Shown piece after piece: positions 25,988 to 32,000 of a DNA stretch of 32,000 bases (position 1 is the first letter of the stretch; the number at the start of each line of letters is the position of its first letter). The notes below the pieces were generated by a model. It ran no database searches, was not told the origin of the DNA, and saw only the letters and a program-made list of their open reading frames with translations. The DNA comes from Lebetimonas natsushimae (GTDB taxonomy: Bacteria > Campylobacterota > Campylobacteria > Campylobacterales > Nautiliaceae), in contig NZ_BDME01000006.1 in NCBI RefSeq assembly GCF_002335445.1, positions 123,528-155,527 on the forward strand, written 5' to 3'. A program made the position numbers and the translations under genes.

Positions 25988-26936
25988 TATTATTCATTTT
26001 TTAATTTTTCCTGGCGGATTATTTGCATTGTGTCTTGGTGTTTTTATGCTTTCCCTTGAAAGAATTGTGGTTGCTAGACTTCAGGGAAGGGTAGGACCTC
26101 CCATTTATCAAAATTTTATTGACGTAATTAAACTTTTCAATAAGGAAATTTTAGTTCCTAAAAATGCAAAAGAGGCTGTTTTTATTTATTCGCCTTTAAT
26201 AGGTTTTGCCGGAATGCTCGCAATGCTTTATTTTATACCAATTCCCGGTGTGTATGAAGGAACAAATGTAAACAGTGATTTAATAGTGTTAATCTATGTT
26301 ATGGCTTTACCTGCAATAGCTCATATATTGGGGGGAGGTGCATCAAGTTCCCCTTATGCCGCAATTGCAGTAAACAGAGAACTTAAATTAATGCTGGTGT
26401 ACGAAATGGTTTTTGTAATAATCTCTTTTAGCGTTGCGATTTATGTGGGAGGCGGGGATGCTGTGTTTTCATTAAAAAAGATAATGGAATATCAGCAGCT
26501 TCACGGAAGTTTTTTATTTGATTGGAAATTTTGGCCTGCAGTGATTGCTTTTGTTGTTTTTGTGTTAGCAACTTTGGAGTTGCCTCCTTTTCAAATAGCA
26601 CATCATAATGATGCCGATGTAATGGACGGATTTTTAATAGAACACAGTTCAATCCCTTTGGCTATTTATGAAATGACTGATGCGATGAAAATAATTTTGC
26701 TCAGCATAGTGTTTCAAATATTTTTCTTTCCTATAGCAATTACAGATGATTTAATTATAAATTTGATTTGGTTTATTTTAAAAACAGTGGTTTTTGTTAT
26801 GTTCTTTTCGTTTTTACATGCAATTCTCCCAAGTTTCAGAATTGATCAGGGATTTAAATTTTTGCTTATTGTGCCGACTGCATTGTCCCTTATTACATTA
26901 ATTTTAGTAATTTTGTCTGTAAAAGGATTAATATGA
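25974..26936 (+). CDS. Group 4 hydrogenase membrane subunit, NuoH/HycD/CooK-like
   Basis: 320 aa, polytopic. The N-terminal motif RLQGRVGPP is typical of NuoH/HycD. It overlaps the upstream gene by 14 nt. GGAGG lies just upstream. Confidence 0.88.
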   Translation: MLSANIIHFLIFPGGLFALCLGVFMLSLERIVVARLQGRVGPPIYQNFIDVIKLFNKEILVPKNAKEAVFIYSPLIGFAGMLAMLYFIPIPGVYEGTNVNSDLIVLIYVMALPAIAHILGGGASSSPYAAIAVNRELKLMLVYEMVFVIISFSVAIYVGGGDAVFSLKKIMEYQQLHGSFLFDWKFWPAVIAFVVFVLATLELPPFQIAHHNDADVMDGFLIEHSSIPLAIYEMTDAMKIILLSIVFQIFFFPIAITDDLIINLIWFILKTVVFVMFFSFLHAILPSFRIDQGFKFLLIVPTALSLITLILVILSVKGLI

Positions 26937-27361
26937 GTATTATTACAAGAAGTCCTTTTTTATTCAGGATAAATACAGGAAGCTGCAACGGATGTGATGT
27001 GGAACTTGCCACAACTGCTATGATTCCAAGATATGACGTTGAGAGACTTGGATGCAGATATACAGGAAGTCCTAAACACGCGGATATACTCCTGGTTACC
27101 GGTCCTATTACGGCAAGAAGTAAGCCGTATTTACTCGAAGTATTGGATGAGCTTCCAAATCCTTTTGTGGTGGTGGCAGTGGGAACATGCCCTACAAGCT
27201 GTGGGATTTTCAGGGATTCTTATTCAATAGAGGGACCGCTTGAGAGGTATGTGAAAGTTGATGTTAATGTGCCGGGCTGTCCGCCAAGACCACAGGCGAT
27301 AATTGACGGTGTTGCAAAAGCACTTGAAATCTGGAAAGAAAAAATAAGGAATCAAAAATGA
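26933..27361 (+). CDS. [NiFe]-hydrogenase small subunit, NuoB/HycG/CooL-like
   Basis: 142 aa. The ligands for a single [4Fe-4S] cluster are SCNGCDVE, GTCPTSCG and PGCPPRP. ATGA overlaps occur at both ends. Confidence 0.92.
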   Translation: MSIITRSPFLFRINTGSCNGCDVELATTAMIPRYDVERLGCRYTGSPKHADILLVTGPITARSKPYLLEVLDELPNPFVVVAVGTCPTSCGIFRDSYSIEGPLERYVKVDVNVPGCPPRPQAIIDGVAKALEIWKEKIRNQK

Positions 27362-27861
27362 GCGGATTTTTAAAAATTGCAATAAGGAATTTGTTAAAAG
27401 GACCTGTAACAGACCCTTATCCTTTTGGAAAAACGTTTATACCGAATAAATTAAGAGGAAAACTAAAAGTTGACCCTAAGGCATGCACAGCTTGCGGGAC
27501 ATGTGAGGAAGTATGTCCATCGGGTGCTATACATATTACAAAAAATGAAAATGTTTATGTTCATACCACATGGTATAACACCTGCTGTTTTTGCGGAAAC
27601 TGTGAGTTTTTTTGTCCGACAGGGGCTATAAAGCTTACAAATGATTTCCATACGGCAAATACCGAAGAGGAAAAATACCGTTTTACAACAGTAGCCCTAA
27701 TCAGCGAAATTAAATGTGAAAGTTGCGGAGAAATGTTTGTACCGGCAAGTGAGGCTTTATTAAAAAGGGCTTATCCGAATGTAAATGATACTATCAGAGA
27801 ACTTACAAAATTATGTCCTAAATGCAGGCGAAAAAAAGCGTTTGAAAGGCTTTATCAATGA
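27358..27861 (+). CDS. 2x[4Fe-4S] ferredoxin-like subunit, NuoI/HycF/CooX-like, with an extra C-terminal CxxC...CxxC segment
   Basis: 167 aa. The two cluster motifs are CTACGTCEEVCP and CCFCGNCEFFCP. The C-terminus adds CESCGE ... CPKCRRK. Confidence 0.88.
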   Translation: MSGFLKIAIRNLLKGPVTDPYPFGKTFIPNKLRGKLKVDPKACTACGTCEEVCPSGAIHITKNENVYVHTTWYNTCCFCGNCEFFCPTGAIKLTNDFHTANTEEEKYRFTTVALISEIKCESCGEMFVPASEALLKRAYPNVNDTIRELTKLCPKCRRKKAFERLYQ

Positions 27862-28373
27862 AAGAAACATTAAAACAAAAGATTATTGCTGAATTAAAAA
27901 ACAGAATTACGGGTGATTTTGATTTAAGAGATGAAAAAGATGCAAAAGGTAATATTCAAATCTGGTTGAAACTTTTTAACCGAAAAGACATTTTACATGT
28001 TGCCCAGGTTATTAAAGATTTTGGTGGAAGATGTGTGATTATAAGCGCATATAAAAAAGATGACCATCATGTGCTTGTGTATCATTTGGATATTGACGGA
28101 ATACTTATTAATGTCGAAGTGGAACTTTTTGATAATACAGTTGATTCAATAACACCTATTTTAGACAGTGCCAATTGGACTGAAAGGGAATTTAAAGAGA
28201 TGTTCGGAATAAAACTTGTAGGACATCCAAATCCAAAAAGACTGTTTCTTGATGAAAGTATAGCTGAGGGAATACTTGGGGAGTATATGCCACTTTCACA
28301 AGCTATGAATGGTGCGGCAACATGTTGTATGTGGGAAAAAATTGAAAGTGAAAGGCATAAAAATGAGCACTAA
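27858..28373 (+). CDS. NuoC (30-kDa subunit)-like hydrogenase subunit, CooU-like
   Basis: 171 aa. The NuoC-family motif is WTEREFKEMFGIKLVGHPNPKRLFL. ATGA overlap upstream. Confidence 0.85.
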   Translation: MKETLKQKIIAELKNRITGDFDLRDEKDAKGNIQIWLKLFNRKDILHVAQVIKDFGGRCVIISAYKKDDHHVLVYHLDIDGILINVEVELFDNTVDSITPILDSANWTEREFKEMFGIKLVGHPNPKRLFLDESIAEGILGEYMPLSQAMNGAATCCMWEKIESERHKNEH

Positions 28374-29442
28374 AATACCTATTGGTCCGTTTCATATAGG
28401 ACTTGAAGAACCTATATATTTTAAAATTGATTTAGAAGGTGAAACTGTAAAAAACGTTGATATGATAAACGGTTTTGTACACAGGGGAATCGAGTATCTT
28501 GCAATGCAGAAAAACTTTTTTCAAAATCTGATTTTAACTGAGAGGGTTTGTTCGCTGTGTTCTAACAACCATCCTTTCACATATGTAATGGCTGTAGAAA
28601 AAATAGCCGGTATTGAAGTTAGCAGAAGGGCTAATTACTTAAGGGTTGTGGCTGATGAAGTAAAAAGAATAGCATCACATATGTTTAATTTAAGCATGCT
28701 TGCCCATTTAATTGGTTTTCATTCTTTAATGACCCAGACAATGGAGGCAAGGGAAATTATGCAGGATATTAAAGAATCAATCTGGGGTAACAGAATGGAT
28801 ATGAGTGCCAATACCATAAGCGGTGTTAAGTATGATTTGGATGAAGGTCAGATTGAATATATTTTGAAAAGGCTTGACGAACTTGAACCCCAGGTTGATG
28901 AAATAATTGATATTTATTTTAATCATAAAATTGTAAAAGCAAGAACCGTGGGGGTTGGAGTTTTACCAAAAGAGGACGCTTTACGTCTTGGTGTTACAGG
29001 ACCGACTGCCAGGGGTAGCGGTGTTAATAATGATGTGAGGGTAAAAGCCCCTTATGCCGCCTATGACGAATTAAAAGTAAATGTTATCTTAGAAGAAGGC
29101 GGTGATGTGCATGCGAGAACAAAGGTTAGATGGAGAGAGGTAAAAGAGTCAATAAGACTTGTAAGAGAGGCAATTACAAATCTGCCAGAAGGTCCTGTTG
29201 TGCTTGATAAAAGACCACATATTCCGGCAGGTGAAGCCGTTACCAGGTCTGAAGCCCCAAGAGGGGAGCTTATTTATTATCTTAAAACCAACGGTGCTCA
29301 AAAACCGGAGAGAATGAGATGGAGGGTTCCGACATATATGAACTGGGAAGCACTGAGGGTTATGATTCCAGGCAATAAATTAAGTGATGTTGCGGTTATT
29401 TTCAACAGTATTGACCCTTGTATTTCATGTACAGAAAGATAA
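28363..29442 (+). CDS. Group 4 [NiFe]-hydrogenase large subunit (NuoD/CooH/EchE-like)
   Basis: 359 aa from ATG 28363 (MSTKIPIGPFH...). Both Ni-Fe ligand motifs are present: RVCSLCSNNH and the C-terminal DPCISCTER, where the protein ends. The ORF-track start at 28309 lies inside the preceding gene. Confidence 0.93.
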   Translation: MSTKIPIGPFHIGLEEPIYFKIDLEGETVKNVDMINGFVHRGIEYLAMQKNFFQNLILTERVCSLCSNNHPFTYVMAVEKIAGIEVSRRANYLRVVADEVKRIASHMFNLSMLAHLIGFHSLMTQTMEAREIMQDIKESIWGNRMDMSANTISGVKYDLDEGQIEYILKRLDELEPQVDEIIDIYFNHKIVKARTVGVGVLPKEDALRLGVTGPTARGSGVNNDVRVKAPYAAYDELKVNVILEEGGDVHARTKVRWREVKESIRLVREAITNLPEGPVVLDKRPHIPAGEAVTRSEAPRGELIYYLKTNGAQKPERMRWRVPTYMNWEALRVMIPGNKLSDVAVIFNSIDPCISCTER

Positions 29443-29456
29443 ATAAAGGAGAATTA

Positions 29457-29978
29457 ATGGCTAATAAGTTTATTTTTGCAGATCCAAAAAAATGTATAGG
29501 TTGTTTAAACTGTGAGCTTGCTTGTGCAGCAAAACATATGAATATTTCTTTTGAAGAAGCATATGATTTGGCACTGAATGGAGAAGTTGAATTAATTCAT
29601 AGAAATACCGTTATTGAAATGAACGGATTAACCGCTCCAATGCAATGTATGCAGTGTGAAGATGCACCGTGTGTTGAAGCGTGTCCTATTGACATTATCA
29701 GATATGAAAACAATTATGTAAAAATTTATGAAAGTGATTGTATTGGTTGTAGAAGCTGTGCGATGGTCTGTCCTTTCGGTGCAATAACAATGGCTAAAAG
29801 TAATTCCACAAATGTAACAGGATTAGTTGCAATAAAATGTGATTTGTGCGGGGGAGAAGAAGGGAAACAGGCCTGTGTAAATATCTGTCCTACAGATGCG
29901 ATTGAACTTATAGATTATAATGAATATAAAAGAAGAAAACAAGAAAATGCTTTTGAAAGATTACATCAAGATGCATGA
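29457..29978 (+). CDS. Polyferredoxin electron-transfer subunit, CooF/HycB/HydN family (four [4Fe-4S] motifs)
   Basis: 173 aa from ATG 29457, which has an AAGGAG RBS. The cluster motifs are CIGCLNCELAC, CMQCEDAPCVEACP, CIGCRSCAMVCP and CDLCGG...ACVNICP. Confidence 0.88.
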   Translation: MANKFIFADPKKCIGCLNCELACAAKHMNISFEEAYDLALNGEVELIHRNTVIEMNGLTAPMQCMQCEDAPCVEACPIDIIRYENNYVKIYESDCIGCRSCAMVCPFGAITMAKSNSTNVTGLVAIKCDLCGGEEGKQACVNICPTDAIELIDYNEYKRRKQENAFERLHQDA

Positions 29979-30306
29979 ACTCTCAATCGTTCAGTCTATG
30001 ATGAAAATTATTGAAAAACATGCAAAAAACAGAGAAGTTGAAAGACTTGTGGTAAAAATAGGAAAAATGAGCGGAATAGAACCGTATTTTTTAAAAGAGA
30101 GTTTTGATTTTTTTAAAGAAGGCACTGTTTGTGCAAATGCCGAAATGGAAATAATAGAAGTTAATATAAAAATAAAATGTTTTGAGTGCGGAAGTGAGAG
30201 TGAAATAAAAGGTTTTGATTTCCACTGTCCCGTGTGTGGAAGTGAAAAAACAAAGATAATAAGCGGAGAAGAAATGCATATAGAATATATTGAATTAAAG
30301 GAGTAG
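29971..30306 (+). CDS. hypA: Hydrogenase nickel-insertion protein HypA
   Basis: 111 aa from ATG 29971. It has the N-terminal Ni-binding MHE motif (MHELSIVQ) and the zinc site CFECGSE ... CPVCGSE. It overlaps the preceding gene by 8 nt. Confidence 0.9.
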   Translation: MHELSIVQSMMKIIEKHAKNREVERLVVKIGKMSGIEPYFLKESFDFFKEGTVCANAEMEIIEVNIKIKCFECGSESEIKGFDFHCPVCGSEKTKIISGEEMHIEYIELKE

Positions 30307-30308
30307 TA

Positions 30309-31730
30309 ATGAAAAAACATTTTACAAGGGTTCCTAAAAAGATTCAGAGAAAAAGAGATGCAAATGAGAGAATAAATGATTTTGAACCTGTGTATATTGA
30401 ATTTAATGAAGAAGAGGCAGCAGAACAGGCTAAAAGATGTTTAACATGCCCTATTGATATTTTAAGAGGGCTTAACAGCGAGTTTGAATTTTGCAGAACC
30501 GGATGTCCTCTAAACAATTATATTCCACAGTGGATCAGGGAAGTAAGACGCGGAAATTTAGAAAAGGCGTTTGAGCTTAGCAATGAAAAATCACCTTTTC
30601 CAGAAATTATGGGAAGAGTTTGTCCGCATGACAGTCTGTGTCAGGGAAGCTGCGTTCTTTCTAAAACAGACCACGGAAGCGTCGCTATCGGAGCTATTGA
30701 GGTTTTTATAAGCGAAGAAGGGTTTAAAAGAGGATATAAACCTTATTACGGGGAGGATAAAAAAAGAAAAAAAAGAGTTGCTGTAATTGGAAGCGGACCT
30801 GCGGGAATGAGCTGTGCCACTTTTCTTTTAAGAGGTGGAGTAAATGTGGAAATGTTTGAAAAATCCGACAGACCCGGGGGACTTTTAACATACGGTATTC
30901 CAAATTTTAAACTTCACAAAGATGTTGTTTTTAGAAGATTCAAGTGGATGCAGGATGCCGGACTTAAACTGCATTTAAATACACCAATTTTAACCGAAAA
31001 AGATTTTGATAAAATTGTTAATGATTTTGATGCCGTGTTTATAGGTGTTGGTGCTCCAAGCAGCAGGGGCGCAAGAATGGAAAATGAAAATGCAAACGGA
31101 GTTTATCATGTTATGGATATTTTAACCCATGCCCAAAAAAGAGTGTTTAAAGATTTTGATGATTGTATATTAAAAGACAAAAGGGTAGTTGTAATCGGCG
31201 GTGGTGACAGTGCAATGGATGCGGTAAGAACAAGTGTAAGAAGCGGTGCAAAAGAGGTATACTGTGTTTACAGAAGAGATGAATCCAATATGCCTGGAAG
31301 TAAAAAAGAAGTTATAAATGCTAAAGAAGAAGGGGTTAAATTCAGATTTTATACAGCACCAAAAGCTGTAAAAATTGATGAAAACAATAATGTTGTAGGG
31401 ATAATCTGCCAAAAAACAGAATTAGGTCAGCCTGATGAAAGTGGGAGAAGAAGGGTTCAAATTGTTGAAAATAGTAATTTTGAAATTCCTTGTGATATAA
31501 TTATATTAGCGTTAGGCTTTGATACTGTTAAATTTCCTTGGTATGAGCATGCAGGAATTGAAACTGATAAATGGGGATGTCCTGTTGTAAATGAAAGATA
31601 TCAGACAACTAATAAAAAAGTTTTTGCAGGTGGAGATGCGATTAGAGGCGCAGATTTGGTTGTAACTGCTGCAAGAGACGGAAGAGAAGCAGCATACGGT
31701 ATATTAGAATATTTAGGATTAAAGGATTGA
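30309..31730 (+). CDS. GltD-like NAD(P)H-dependent iron-sulfur flavoprotein oxidoreductase (glutamate synthase small-chain family)
   Basis: 473 aa. The N-terminal Fe-S Cys motifs are [11 protein letters not shown]...CRTGCPL and [15 protein letters not shown]. The FAD and NAD(P)H Rossmann motifs are [14 protein letters not shown] and [20 protein letters not shown] lies 5 nt upstream. No gltB (large chain) gene is adjacent. Confidence 0.88.
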   Translation: MKKHFTRVPKKIQRKRDANERINDFEPVYIEFNEEEAAEQAKRCLTCPIDILRGLNSEFEFCRTGCPLNNYIPQWIREVRRGNLEKAFELSNEKSPFPEIMGRVCPHDSLCQGSCVLSKTDHGSVAIGAIEVFISEEGFKRGYKPYYGEDKKRKKRVAVIGSGPAGMSCATFLLRGGVNVEMFEKSDRPGGLLTYGIPNFKLHKDVVFRRFKWMQDAGLKLHLNTPILTEKDFDKIVNDFDAVFIGVGAPSSRGARMENENANGVYHVMDILTHAQKRVFKDFDDCILKDKRVVVIGGGDSAMDAVRTSVRSGAKEVYCVYRRDESNMPGSKKEVINAKEEGVKFRFYTAPKAVKIDENNNVVGIICQKTELGQPDESGRRRVQIVENSNFEIPCDIIILALGFDTVKFPWYEHAGIETDKWGCPVVNERYQTTNKKVFAGGDAIRGADLVVTAARDGREAAYGILEYLGLKD

Positions 31731-31731
31731 T

Positions 31732-32000
31732 ATGATACCGATTTATAAAAGCGATGTGGTTATAGTAGGGGCTGGGCTTGCTGGACTTGCGGCTGCAAGA
31801 GAACTTAGCAGGGCCGGTAAAAATGTGACGGTTCTTACAAAACTACATCCGTTGCGCTCTCATTCAGGGGCCGCACAGGGTGGAATAAACGCAGCTTTGG
31901 CTGATGATGACGATGTAGAACTCCATATGTTTGATACTGTAAAAGGAAGCGATTATTTGGCAGACCAGGATGCGGTTGAGCTTATGTGCTCACGTGCACC
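31732..32000 (+). CDS. Fumarate reductase / succinate dehydrogenase flavoprotein subunit, N-terminal fragment (3'-truncated by the window edge)
   Basis: [22 protein letters not shown] is the FAD Rossmann motif. [18 protein letters not shown] contains the His used for covalent FAD in FrdA/Sdh[23 protein letters not shown] is also conserved. There is no Tat or signal sequence. It starts 1 nt after the GltD-like stop. Confidence 0.9.
   Translation, partial: MIPIYKSDVVIVGAGLAGLAAARELSRAGKNVTVLTKLHPLRSHSGAAQGGINAALADDDDVELHMFDTVKGSDYLADQDAVELMCSRA

Noticed and set aside
26330-26335. G6 homopolymer inside the NuoH-like gene, considered as a phase-variation tract
   Set aside because: It is too short compared with the tracts of about 8 or more known to slip in Campylobacterota, and it encodes a conserved-looking GGG segment.
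27033-27230. 65-aa same-strand ORF in an alternative frame inside the hydrogenase small-subunit gene
   Set aside because: It is fully nested in a gene with conserved Fe-S ligands. It has no RBS and no motif, so a chance open frame is most likely.
28309-28362. Upstream ATG (ORF-track start) for the hydrogenase large subunit
   Set aside because: It would add 18 residues (MVRQHVVCGKKLKVKGIK) encoded inside the NuoC-like gene. Family members begin close to the IPIGPxH motif, which fits ATG 28363.
29920-29970. Upstream ATG for hypA. The analogous case is ATG 29418 for the CooF-like gene.
   Set aside because: HypA proteins start with the Ni-binding MHE motif, found at ATG 29971. The CooF-like gene has an AAGGAG RBS in front of ATG 29457. 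The longer versions lie inside the preceding genes.
29991-30320. 109-aa minus-strand ORF opposite hypA
   Set aside because: It is antisense to a gene with clear HypA MHE and zinc-site motifs, and it is of low complexity.
30309-31730. Calling the GltD-like gene a bona fide glutamate synthase small subunit
   Set aside because: No large-subunit (gltB) gene is adjacent. Its neighbours are a hydrogenase cluster and a FrdA-type gene, and GltD-like proteins serve many other enzymes as NAD(P)H entry modules. I kept it as a family-level call.
1-32000. Search by eye for tRNA, rRNA, CRISPR repeats, IS elements or transposases, integrases and long direct repeats
   Set aside because: None were found. 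All non-coding gaps are 135 nt or shorter and AT-rich, and no ORF has transposase or integrase motifs.

Overview
This is an AT-rich, very tightly packed chromosomal segment. I call 33 protein-coding genes (the first and last are cut by the window edges). I found no tRNA or rRNA genes, no CRISPR array and no recognisable mobile element. The gene content points to a thermophilic member of the Campylobacterota, Nautiliaceae-like (Nautilia, Caminibacter or Lebetimonas type): Campylobacter-like housekeeping proteins, a long UbiD-family decarboxylase, a hybrid-cluster protein, a reverse gyrase and a group 4 hydrogenase. That assignment is inference, not a database result.

Bases 1-10,000 and 17,500-22,400 are ordinary housekeeping genes: efp, apt, trpB, a DedA-family gene, pepA, ychF, an RlmI-like methyltransferase, sixA, a UbiD-family decarboxylase, a phosphoribosyltransferase, a rhodanese-like gene, argG, an S4-domain gene, proS and fxsA. 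Many are chained by TAATG or ATGA overlaps.

Three regions deserve attention:
1. 9.4-12.3 kb holds a Crp/Fnr-family regulator, a hemerythrin, a small membrane protein and hcp. Two perfect TTGAT-N4-ATCAA palindromes sit at identical class-II spacing from -10 hexamers in front of the hemerythrin gene and hcp.
2. 12.3-15.5 kb holds a reverse gyrase gene. Its promoter abuts the hcp box.
3. From 22.5 kb to beyond 32 kb there is a translationally coupled operon of at least 9.5 kb. It encodes a group 4 [NiFe]-hydrogenase in the Coo-type gene order (M-K-L-X-U-H), with a 1168-aa subunit that fuses two antiporter-like modules. A CooF/HycB-like polyferredoxin and hypA follow. No CO dehydrogenase or formate dehydrogenase gene follows; the operon runs straight into a GltD-like NAD(P)H oxidoreductase gene and a FrdA/SdhA-type flavoprotein gene.

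The third region is my best candidate for an undescribed redox module. All functional links are hypotheses drawn from motifs and gene order. No searches were run.
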